Source of the DNA: Octopus vulgaris
Taxonomy: Eukaryota
Reading direction: 5' to 3'
DNA: 64,000 nucleotides
Assembly (NCBI GenBank): GCA_951406725.2
Contig: OX597821.1
Location: 26,226,001 to 26,290,000 of the forward strand
Position 1 is the first letter of the stretch, and each line of letters begins with the position of its first letter. The notes below the pieces were generated by a model. The model was given only the letters and a program-made list of their open reading frames with translations, had not been told where the DNA came from and made no database searches. The position numbers and the translations under genes were made by a program. Below are positions 38,096 to 49,984 of the stretch, piece after piece.

Positions 38096-38301
38096 TGGTT
38101 AACAGATGAGATCCAGAGATGCTCAGTCTAGAAAACACTTAATAGCGCTCAAATGGTTTGAACCTACACTCCGAAATCTTTATCCGTGAAGTAAAGAGTG
38201 GCTATAAGAGGGATTCGGGTGACCCGATATGGAGATAATTATGCAAATAAACAAATAAAACTTCTTAGGTTAGATATACAATGCGTACATATATGTATAT
38301 A

Positions 38302-38420
38302 TAGGGAGAGTTTACGAAAAAAAACAAAAGACGAAGACAGGTAGTGTACAAAACAAACAGATGTATTAGTATAGCGCTCAAGAAGTCTTTTACGTTTCGA
38401 GCCTACGCTCTTCTACATAA
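38302..38420 (-). mobile_element. Penelope-like pseudo-LTR remnant with variant hammerhead motif
   Basis: Minus: TGTAGA-agagc-gtag-gctc-GAAACGTA-aaag; homologous to 12150-12280. Confidence 0.6.
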
Positions 38421-38426
38421 TATATG

Positions 38427-38491
<65 letters not shown>

Positions 38492-38498
38492 ATGTATA

Positions 38499-38820
38499 TG
38501 TAAAAAAATACAAACTGGGACAAGAACGCAAAACTTTAGAAGACGATACAAAAGACACGGACGGGACATTCGAAGCCTTCAATCTTCAGTCAAGAACCGG
38601 ATCATCCTCGCAATTTCGGCTGATTAATCTTGAGATTGCTCCGTCCTGGCCAGCCCCAAAGGAAAATCTAAGCCAAGCGCATTAGATTCCTTGGAAGAAA
38701 GCCTCGAATGTATACAAAACAAGGACGGGAAAACGGACGATGTTACACGAATAAGAATACAAAAATACGTAAAAACAATAATGATAACACGAATAAGAAT
38801 ATGAAAATACGTAAAAACAA
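38499..38820 (-). mobile_element. Second copy of the 21.3 kb permuted-hammerhead element
   Basis: Near-identical to 21262-21555; in (TA)n. Confidence 0.85.
38574..38639 (-). ncRNA. Putative non-circularly permuted hammerhead ribozyme
   Basis: Same core and stems as 21339-21404. Confidence 0.6.
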
Positions 38821-38885
38821 GTTTGTATTTTTTACATATACATATATATATATATATAGCGGTGCCCGTACCCTTTTTGGTCTTG

Positions 38886-38946
<61 letters not shown>

Positions 38947-39081
38947 TAAGTTAGAGATAAAACCACTATTAGGCAAATCAAACAATGAAAAACTTAAGCG
39001 AATACATAAAATTAATTAATTTATATTATTTTAAATATATATCAAAATTATTAAAAGTTTAATAAAAGATAATGAGTAAAA

Positions 39082-39150
39082 CACTACGATCGTTTCATGG
39101 CTGTCCAATTCGTAATAATTCGAGTTATGGTTACAGTCAATCTTCAGGTG
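39082..39150 (-). ncRNA. Type I minimal hammerhead (Penelope-type) in an AT-rich element (about 38945-39200)
   Basis: cac-CTGAAGA-t-tgactgt...acagcca-t-GAAAC-gatc-GTA-gtg; palindromic ACGATCGT. Confidence 0.7.
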
Positions 39151-40239
39151 ATTGAAATAATCTAAAATATTATCAGAAATATTTAAACAATATTTTTAAG
39201 ATATAAAAAATATAATAATTTTATTTATAATAAACTCTATTATCAAACTAGAAACATAGAACTTAACAATTATGATTATATCAAAATCGACTATAATGTT
39301 AAATATTAATTTTAATTTATAAGTATGTATGTATGTATGTATTATGTGTGTGTGTGTGTATACATGTAAATAAAGAAAAAAACAAAGAATGACAATTTTC
39401 AGCCGATGAATGTTCAAGTATAAATATATGTAAATATATAACAGAGCAAACTTACACAGACTATAAAGACGCAGAAAATTAAAAGGGAGAAGTATTATTC
39501 GAGGGACAGCTGTCCGGAGATCTACAATTACAGGATCTCTGGTGGAAGTTCCTAATGTTGAGCAACCTTGCTCTGATCATATCAATGTTAAACCAACTGT
39601 GAAAATTATTATATCCCACCACATTTGCTGATTCGTTCAGTCATCTTATGTTCCCTCTATACTATCTTGGCCTTGTTTCATGAGTGCTGGTGTGCTTACT
39701 TTTAGGTAGCGACTAGTATCCCCTTTATATTCATAGTCACGACTGCATGGGATAAAATACACCATCATACGAGTATTGATAATTGCTTCTACAATTTCTC
39801 CCTATAATTCCTCCATATCAACGTCCTGAATGGTACAAGCATTGACAGCATCATCTTCATTGAATTCTCTAAAAGAAATTCACTTGTTAGACTAAATTTC
39901 AATGATATTTTTTTCACGAATGCTCCTTAGAGGGAGATCATATCTGTCACAGATATATTATGGCTATTTGTTGTTTTTTTTTACCAAGAAAAGTAAAAAC
40001 AAAGAGGCAAAAAAGAAACAAAACAATAAAATCAAATTGTGATTCACAATTTAAGACATGTAAACGGTAAACTGGCTAAACCTGGTGCTCCCTGAAAAAA
40101 AAAGTCCTTGAGCTTTCTCTCAAGTTGCTTTTCAGTTCAGCCATTATAATTAAATAGCAAAATTATACTGAATTACTTAGTTTCTAGTGTTTCAATGAAA
40201 TCTTAGACGAATTTATGAATGTGACGGAGGAAATACTAA

Positions 40240-40650
40240 ATAAATGAATTAGAAATAAATCTCTGATGATTCCCAGGCATTTCCTTAATCCCTCCCAAAG
40301 ACTTCCACAGCGTTTGAGGATATCATCCCACTCCACAGACTCTAAAAATGACTTTTTAGGACTTTCCAGTATTTTAGTACCTTATCATTAGATGGCCAAC
40401 GCGAGAACCATCTCGTCACAATATGGTGTTATAACACCATATTATTATAATGATCAACATCACAAATTAACAACATTCCTTTAATTGTGTTGTTCTTTTT
40501 GCCAAGATACTGAAATATCCATAAACTTAATATAACCATATATAGTTGTCTGTAGTAAATAGTCCAATTGTGGTGTTCTTTTGGTTGAGATATTGAAATG
40601 GTTCTATACTTTGAGGACAATATTTGTAACATCAAATGCAGTTTTTTTTA
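40240..40650 (-). mobile_element. Decayed hAT transposase fragment
   Basis: AFDVTNIVLKV*NHFNISTKRT and HHIVTRWFSRWPSNDKVLKYWKVLKSHF (TRW region). Confidence 0.65.
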
Positions 40651-41652
40651 TAGCAAATCTTATTGCATTGTACAAAATATGGGCAAGATTAATGTTTTTT
40701 TCACCCATTTTTCAGTTTTAGACAAATACTGCTGTTTGCTTCAGATTATACTTCCATTATCAACAGTTAGTTGCTAATTAGTTTAGTTAGGAGCTAATTT
40801 GTTATTTTCGCGAACGATTCATTGTTATCGCAGTAAAAATCTACACTTCCTACTCAGAATAACAGTATCCTGATATTTTAACTATTAATCTTAGTTTTTA
40901 TTTCTAGCAAGTCGAATGACCTTGTACAGGCTCTCAGAGAAGCTAGGGTAGCGACTAAGTTGGAAGAGAAAGCTATCTTTGACTATTGTTCGAAAAAAAC
41001 CTAGAAAGAATCAAAATATAGTATTTCAATGAGTACCAAGGAAACCGGTTGCTGTTGTTGTTTATCCCCAGATGAGCTTGACCTTACAGATTTATGACAA
41101 AAAGCATTCCAACTGCGACAATCGGCCATTTTACCTGATATAACAAATCTACGACTACATTATTCAACGCGTTTGAATAGATGGAAAAGAAAGAGCCTTT
41201 GCTTATAAAGATGAGGAAAAGATAAAATATTAGAAGGTGTATTTAGAAGAAGGATTAGGTAACACTTAGTTGCATATTCGTTTAAGGCAAAAACTGCTGC
41301 AGGAAACGATGAACTACATTCTTTGATATACGTCACATACTTTTATCTGTACTATAATGAAGCTGCTTCTAAAATTCTAATTTTAGTATACTTTTTATCA
41401 AAATGTGATTTTGAAGTTTCTTTTATTATGAACATTTAAAAACTAATTTTAATTCACTGTGAGAGAACGTTTTGTTTAACCCAGCGAGATAGACGTTCCC
41501 GCTTTGTCTTTTTTTTTGTCACCCTCACTCTTAAACTATATGAAATCTGTAATATATTTTCAGTATATATTCCTCTACTGAGATCGCTGTTCATGTTATC
41601 GAAGTTCATATGATGAACGAGAATTAATGAAATATCCATTTCCACCTTTGTA

Positions 41653-42932
41653 TTGGGTTGGCAACTAAGTTCCCACCGTTTTTTTTTAAATTTTGGAATT
41701 TATTGCATTTTTAAATTTTGGAATCTATTTTTTTCGAGGATTCTATTTTTGAATCGTTTTGGAATCTATTTGTTTTTGTTTTTTTTTTCTAGTTAATTTT
41801 AGTCAATTTTTGTTTATTTTCAGATCATAAAAATGGAATGTCAAGTTAAGAAAAAAGAGTATTTTCGACACCTCCTTCTTTTTGCTTTTAATCAAGGTTC
41901 TAAGGCCGCAAAAGCTGCTCGCGACATTTGTGCTGTGTATGGAGAGGGTGCCATAGCTGAAAGAACCGCTCGTGATTGGTATGCCAAATTCAAAAATGGA
42001 AATTTTGACCTCAAAGACGCACCTCGTTCTGGCTGTCCAGCTGAGTTCGATGAAAAGCGATTAAACAATCTTTTGCACCTCTCGTCGAACAACAAGGGAA
42101 CTGGCAGAGAAAATCGAATGCTCCCACACTGCTATAGAGAAGCATCTTTACTCGATGGGAAAGGTTCAGAAGTATGGAGCATGGGTTCCGCATGCTTTAA
42201 GTGACAATAACAAAAATCAACGACCCACAATCTCCGCTGGTTTACTTGCTCGTCACCGCTCAACTCATGGACACAAGCAACGATTTCTTTACCGAATCGT
42301 TACTGGTGACGAAAAATGGTGCCTTTACATCAATATGAAGCAGCGTAAAGAATGGCTTTGCCCCGGTAAACAAGCGAAACCGCGTATGAAACAAGATTTT
42401 CATCCGCGTAAAACGATGCTGTGCGTATGGTGGGACTGGGAAGGGATTATCCATTACGAATTGCTTGAACGGAACCAAACGGTCAACGCGGAACTCTATG
42501 TTCAACAGATGGAACAACTCAACACGGCTATTCAAGAGAAAAGATCTAATCGTCAGCATGGAGTTCTTCTACTGCACGACAACGCCCGCCATCATATCGC
42601 CAATATGACGAAAGAAGCCATTCAAACGCATGGCTGGGAAGTGCTGCCACACCCGCCGCTCTCTCCTGATTTGGCACCAACGGATTTCCACCTCTTTCGA
42701 TCTCTTTCAAATGCTATGCGCGGAGTTTCGTTCAATATTGATGCAGAATTGAGAGCTTGGTTGGATCAATTTTTCGAGTCGAGATCGGGTGATTTCTACC
42801 AACGAGGTATTGAAAATCTTGTAGAACGTTAGGAAGAAGTTGTAAAACAACAAGGGTGAATACATTATTGATGAATTAGTTGTTATTTTTTTTATTAAAC
42901 ATAAAACGGCGGGAACTTAGTTTCCAACCTTA
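41653..42932 (+). mobile_element. Near full-length mariner (DD34D), mellifera-like
   Basis: TIR ttgggttggcaactaagttccc / gggaacttagtttccaacctta, TA flanks, 1280 bp. Confidence 0.95.
41833..42878 (+). pseudogene. Mariner transposase, frameshift near 42075 and premature stop at 42830
   Basis: HTH N-terminus, WVPHAL, TGDEKW, HDNARHH, HPPLSPDLAPTDFHLF. Confidence 0.93.
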
Positions 42933-44223
42933 TAATACATCTATAGTTGTATCTTTATATGGGTCATTAATACAGAAATGCATAAATATGTATCAACAAA
43001 AAAGCAATGCAGAGAAAATAAGTTACAGAATCACATGTGTTCGAATCTACAGTAAATTTTTCAATATGATATTTTCCAGTGCATACTAGGTAGCACTAGA
43101 GTATTTTCAAATAAAGCCCAATTTTTTCCAACATGTTATATTTTTTTTTACTACGGACGAATTACTGTATATTTCTTTGTCAATTTTCCATCTACAGTCA
43201 ACAGCTCCGTATTACTCAAGATTGTTACAAAACATGATACACGTCACACAATATCGCAGCCAAGGTTTTATCGTTTTGTGTTGATCAAGCTGAAGATGAA
43301 AATGATAACAATGAGAACATCGACGATAAGAGAGATAAATTCATGTTCATGCTACAGTTATTTATCCGAGACAACCAGTCCTTTTACTATGTGTCCTTTT
43401 TTTAAAAAAAAAGTCTGAGGCGTTTGATTTGAAAAGCATTTGACTGATATTTCTAGCAGACAGAATCACCACATAGAGACCCTTACGTCGGCTCGCTATA
43501 ATTACAACACAATAAACAAGTGGAAAGAAAATCTTTCGGGAAGCGTTAAATAATTTCTGGCAGTGTTTTCCCTATTATTGGTATTAGGAATGTAACACTT
43601 CACAAAAATACCAACGAGCAAGCGGGTACATTATTAGAGGATTGACTAAGTCAAGGTCATGTCTTTGTTGATATCTTCAAATTAGCTAGCAGCATTCTTG
43701 TCATAAAGAAACAACTTGACCTGGTTTTCACATTTATATAAAGCATAAGAATGGAATTCAACTAAAATATATGTTTCTATTTGACTGTTGAACGAGGTAG
43801 AATTACACGTTTGACATGCTACATTTCTGCCAATTAAACATCTATTTCTTCTTATTCCACCAGATGAAGGATACGAAAAACTTCACGATTAATGAAAATA
43901 TACTGTGAGATGAGAAGGTTTGTTGCAAAGATATATACACAAGCAGCAAAACTATTTCACAAAGACGTTTGATGTTATATTTTTGGAAACAGCCATATCA
44001 ATGATTTCTGAACGAAAAACAACGAAGATGTCGATTATACATTACATAAAATGGCATATTCAATCACTGAAGTAAAATATTAGAAAATAATTAGGTAGAA
44101 GATTAAACCGAGCAAACAAGTTTCATTGAGAGGAGAACAGCTTGTTGATTTTGTTGATTATAACTGTAGAGAAACTGAATAAATCATTCCTTCCCATATT
44201 GATATCAATGTATACTGAGGTGT

Positions 44224-44540
44224 GGAGGCGCAATGGCCCAGTGGTTAGGGCAGCGGACTCGCGGTCGGAGGATCGCGGTTTCGATTCCCAGACCGGGCGT
44301 TGTGTGTGTTTATTGAGCAAAAACACCTAAAAGCTCCATGAGGCTCCGGCAGGGGTGGTGGTGACGTCTGTTGTACTCTTTCGCCACACCTTTCTCTCAC
44401 TCTCTCTTCCTGTTTCTTGAGTAACGCTGCGATGGACTGGCGTCCCGTCCAGTGGGGGAGGGGGATACATATGCCACAGAAACCGGGAAACCGGGCCCAT
44501 GAGCCTGGCTAGGCTTGAAAAGGGCGACGTTTATCGTTTA
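44224..44540 (+). mobile_element. SINE family C, tail type 3
   Basis: Same head; tail ctgcgatggactggcgtcccgtccag...cagaaaccgggaaaccggg; flanking repeat tgta(t/c)actgaggt. Confidence 0.85.
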
Positions 44541-44990
44541 TTGTACACTGAGGTTACTGGTCGTTGTCATCTTGATTATAATGACCTATGATCTACAGCA
44601 TTCCATTCGGTCTTTTATCCTGATATAGTGCATCTAGGACTACATTATTCAATGTATCATCCTTCCTGTTATAAGACAGTTGGGTGTGATTTGATAGGGA
44701 TTTGATAACTATGTCTAGCAGGTGGAGTGATAACTTAGAGATATCACGAAAAAAAGCGATACACTTAATAGGTTGGAAAAGAAACGACCTTGAATTCAGT
44801 ATCTTTGATAAAAAAAAATCAGGGAAGAATTAAAATACAAGGGATAGGGGTCTATTTAAAAAGCAAATATAAGTCCCTAAAATACAGTCGCATAAGCATA
44901 TACATCAAATTCGTACTCAAACTCATATACACTAACTGACACCCAAACACACACACACACACGCACACACACACACACACGCACACACAC

Positions 44991-45022
<32 letters not shown>

Positions 45023-45611
45023 GTGTGTAAACATGTGCATACTAATTCATACGCGCATTCACGTGATACGTAATAAGCACAACCTTATTAACGCATTATC
45101 AACTACATGTTTATTTCGAGACAGTTTAACAGAGTTTTGAAAAGGCCACTTTTTGAGAAATTCTAGAAATTCCTATATTTTTCAACCAAAAAAAAAAAAA
45201 AAAGAAAAAAAAAAGAATGTCTGTTTTGATAATAACACAACAGTGGACCAATATAGCTAAATGAATTGCTTAAACTGACACAGTTGGGAAACAACTGCGT
45301 GTCTCAGCTGTAGGCCACAAGTCTGAGTCATAGCTGTTATCAACAGTTGTATTGCCAGGTTTTATCAAAATATCTGTTTTTATTAAAATGTAAAACTCCA
45401 CCCCACCAAAAACAAAACAAAACAAAACAAAGCATCCACCCCCCACCAAAGAAACAAATAAACGAACAAACAAAAACACAACAAAAATGAAACAAAAAAC
45501 ACAAAGAAAAACAAAAAACAATCGAATTGGTAAGAAACATCGGGGTTCTGCAAATCAATCTGAGAAGCTCAATAAGTCATTTCATGAGTACATTAATTAA
45601 TTTAATCAACT

Positions 45612-45799
45612 ATATACATATACATGTACACATGCATACATACATGAATATATACATGCATACATACATACATACATACATACATACATACATACATACA
45701 TACATACATACATGCATGCATACATACATACATACATACATACATACATACATACATACACACACATACATACATACATACATACATACATACATACAT

Positions 45800-45832
<33 letters not shown>

Positions 45833-46205
45833 TACATACATACATACATACAGCATACATACATACATACATACATACATGCATACATACATACATACAT
45901 ACATACACACATACATACATACATACATACATACATACATACTTACATAATACATACATACATACATACATACATACATACATACATACATACATACATA
46001 CATACATACATACATACATACATACATACATGCATGCATACATACATACATACATACATACATACATACATACTTACATAATACATACATACATACATAC
46101 ATACACACATACACACACACACACATACATACATACATACATACATACATACATACATACATACATACATACATACATACATACATACATACATACATAC
46201 ATACA
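45612..46205. repeat. (CATA)n microsatellite, about 600 bp
   Basis: Direct reading. Confidence 0.95.
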
Positions 46206-46949
46206 TGATGGCTGCAAACTCGTGTTAGAGTATTGCCATCGTCTGATCGAAAGTCCCACACATGTGAAGGCCACGATCAGCCATTTTTGCGAAAGGTCTT
46301 ACATCTTTTTTTTCAAGCGATGGCTGTGCATGATGATTTTTTTTATAGTGGGAAAAGGATTTGCACAAATCCACTCTCTGAACATGGAGAACATAAACTC
46401 GAAAAAACAAACATCATCAAATATCATCAAATATTGTCAGTGCCACAGGTTTTCATTCTGAGTTTCTCTCTCTCCGAGAGAGATGTTGTGACAACAATTG
46501 AGAGACCTCCCACTCCAAGTGGGCCAACCGCGCAACTGGACACCAGCCCAGGTATTTCCATCTCCCCACGCAGACATACATGCATACTTACGCATGTATA
46601 CATATTGTTGGATGGCCGTTGACTGCTCATGAGCTCTTCCGCCCTTTCACAGGTCTTATATACATGCATACATACATACATACATACATACATACATACA
46701 TACATACATACATACATACATACGTACATACTTACATACATACACATAAATATATACATATGTAAATAAATAAATATATACACATATATACATATATGCA
46801 TACATATATATAATATAATATAATATAATATATATGTATATATATATATGAATATATACGTACATATATGCACAACTTACACACAGACACAAACACACAC
46901 ACACACACGCACGCACACATACACATACATATATGCATATGCATATATG

Positions 46950-47360
46950 GGTACAGGACATCATAGAACGTAAACAACATGAGATATGTAATACAAAAAC
47001 ATGGAATGCGAATTTTTTTGCGAACAACGAAAGAAACAAATGGAAAACAAGACATGTAGCATAAAGAATGACCCTTCATCAGCTGTCGACTATTTAATCT
47101 ACTCCGCATTTCGAGCAATTACGACAGGATGCGCTTACGTCAAAACAGTTGCTCCCGCAAAGCAAATTAAATAAAATTTAGGATTTGCAGAGGGTCAAAA
47201 TTGGTAACAAAATCAGGACAGTGAAAACAAACAGTAAGGACTGCTAAGCCATTACAAGCTTTGACAGGAGAAATAGATGAATGCGTCTTATCTCTGTAAC
47301 TGATCGAAAGGTAAGAAACTCAAACTAGCAAAAGAAAGATGGCCGAAGGCAATGAGAGAG
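46950..47360 (-). mobile_element. About 400-bp non-coding element with permuted hammerhead
   Basis: Partial second copy at 12426-12560; flanked by microsatellites. Confidence 0.7.
47067..47133 (-). ncRNA. Putative non-circularly permuted hammerhead ribozyme (clearest example)
   Basis: Minus: cgca-TC-ctgtcg-t-aattgctc-GAAA-tgcg-gagtagattaaatagt-cgacag-CTGATGA-a-gggtcatt. Confidence 0.72.
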
Positions 47361-47385
47361 TGAAGGACAAAGAGTGAGGAAGAGA

Positions 47386-47432
<47 letters not shown>

Positions 47433-47894
47433 CAGACAGAGAAAGGTGAAGGAGAAAGGAAAAGAATTAGAGAAAGGATTAGAGCGAAAAAGCGAAAGAA
47501 GGAGAAGAGGAGATAAAAGAATTAGAGAAAGGAAGAGAGAGGAAACGAAAAGGGAGAAAGAAAGAGAAATAGAATAAGAATCGCATCGAAATTATTAAGA
47601 TAAAACTTAATATATATATACGTATACATGTATAGGAGGAATTCCATGCACACACACACACACACACACATACATATATTTATGTATGTATGCATGTATG
47701 TATGGGTTGGAACATGGAAATATCTGGGTTGGGGCCCAGGCGCACGGTTGGCTAACTTGGAGTGTACATACATACATACATATATGTGTGTGTGTGCGTG
47801 CGTATGTACATATATATATATGTGTGTATATATGTATGAATATATATATGTATAAGATGTACGTTGCCTTGGACCGGAGCGGTCACGATTCTCT

Positions 47895-48735
47895 TCTAGA
47901 GACCTACTAACAAATGCGAAGTGACTACTAACAAATGTGAAGCTTTACAAAACAACCACGAAACCAACGGTTAAAAAATGTGGACGCCCAAAATGTGGAA
48001 ACTGCCCCGACTTACTTGAAGGCTCGGATTTCCTTTTCAAAGAAGGACAGAGGTTCACAATTAAAACTAGTTACACTTGTACCTCTGAGAACCTCATTTA
48101 TGTAATAACCTGCTCGGGTTGTGGACACAACTATATTGGACAGATGAGTATGACCTTGAGACGGAGAACCACTCTACATAAAGAGCAAATCCGTTTCCCG
48201 CAATACAGTCAAATTCCTCTCAGTGAACATGTAGAAAAATGTGAAGATAACATCTAACCAAATTTCACAGTCTCCCCCTTCTACCAGTGCAAAGACACAA
48301 TTTCTCCACAAGAACGTTTTAATAAAGAAAATTTTTTCATCGAAAAATACAGAACACGTCTTAATATGCATGCATAACCAACTTTTATCTTTTTATATTT
48401 TTCAATTCACGATTACACCATTGTACATAAATCGAAACTTTTTTGTGTGTATATATATATTCCCTTCCCCTTACCGAAAGCTGAACAATTATCTCCCTTA
48501 CCCACGGTAATAACAATAATAACGATAACCAATTACCTCCCCTTATTTTACTGTTTGTGAATTTATTCATTCGTAAATATCATCATACACAATATGGACA
48601 AAAATTTCTTCTTAAGAAAATACATATTCGAATAAGTAAACCTTAATATCGTGAATAGCGAAAGTGAAACCGGTCGATATATTAAAAATTATATTAAAAC
48701 TATGTAAAGTGTGTGTATTTTCTTTTTTTAATTTC
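47895..48735 (+). mobile_element. Penelope-like (Neptune-type) 3' fragment: Cys linker, GIY-YIG endonuclease and 3' region
   Basis: CGRPKCGNC...YTCTSENLIYVITCSGCGHNYIGQ...LRRR...H; continues past a stop to KENFFIEKYRTRLN (48377); degenerate cttaaga...GAAACCGGTC at about 48611-48675. Confidence 0.88.
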
Positions 48736-48774
48736 TTATATATATACACATACACATGCACGCATATATATATG

Positions 48775-48839
<65 letters not shown>

Positions 48840-49544
48840 GCGTACATGTGTATGTAGTGAGAGAGGGAGAGATAGAGAGACCTTTTGTTAAAACTGTACT
48901 AATGGAGTGAGAAGACTTCTGTTTTGGTCGTTTGAAGGAGTGAACTGAATGCAGGGGATTAAGATTGTATACGTATACAATATAGAAAATATACGCACTG
49001 TATACTGAATAATAATTAACAGTAACAAAAGTCCTGAAGATTCTATAAACATCATCCAACAGTATAATAATTACAATAATTAAAATGTTAAAACCGTTCA
49101 TTACTCTATCCGTAGCTGAAGACAGAAATGCTTGATGTTACGAAGGTGGTATTGAGAACTGGTGATAGCCTGTCATTTTGAGTTAGTAAAATTATGATGC
49201 TTTATTAATTTTTGCCTCCCACTCATAAAAGTGCGATATGACAAAGGAGAATGCGAGTGAGTAGGTGGATTGTCAATATCTCAAGAATATTAGCTGCAGC
49301 AGGGTGGGAATGGATTGGTTTGAGGAAAGAGTAAAATTTAAAAAAAAAGGTATATTTTACTCTTTTGCTACAGTAATACTTCTATTAAAATATCACTGCA
49401 TTTGTTTTAATTAATTTGTTTCAAATTAATTTTAATTTCAATTTAGGAAAAAAAGTTAAGCATTTAATGAAATAGCTGTAAACTTAAGCTGGTGTTTGGA
49501 ACATATATTAACATGAAATTTTAATGAAATGTTTTGATTTTACT

Positions 49545-49745
49545 TTTTATTTTACTTGTTTTAGCCTGGTAATTATTCTGTCGCTCTCTTTTACCGAACC
49601 GCTAGGTAATATAGTAATATAAACACACCAACACCAATTGTCAAGCGTTGGTAGGGGGGCTGACATTGACACACACACACACACGCGCGCACGCGTACAT
49701 ACACACACACTCACACGCACGTGTACACACACACACACACGCACG

Positions 49746-49786
<41 letters not shown>

Positions 49787-49980
49787 CACTCGTACATACA
49801 CACACATACAAACACACGCACACACGCACAACAGGCTTCTATCAGTTTCCGTCTACCAAATCACAAGGATTTTGTCTTCGTGAGGCGATAGTTGAAGAGA
49901 CTTGCCTGAGGTGCCATGCGATGGGACTGAACCCAGACCATGTCTTTGGAAGCAAGCTTCTTACCACACAGCCACACCTT
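49545..49980 (-). mobile_element. SINE family B, diverged
   Basis: Homologous to 8755-9192. Confidence 0.8.
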
Positions 49981-49984
49981 ATTT

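Noticed and set aside
39698-39870. Minus-strand exon-like segment (EFNEDDAVNAC...YLK|gtaag)
   Set aside because: In-frame stop, no recognisable family, and next to a decayed hAT, so probably a transposon remnant.
43864-43892. Possible terminal host exon (ttcttattccaccag|AT GAA GGA TAC GAA AAA CTT CAC GAT TAA)
   Set aside because: Too short to support and no partner exons were recognised.
45527-46461. Long HTYI/MYVC ORFs (also 11289, 30446, 37665, 56792 and similar)
   Set aside because: Translations of stop-free microsatellites.
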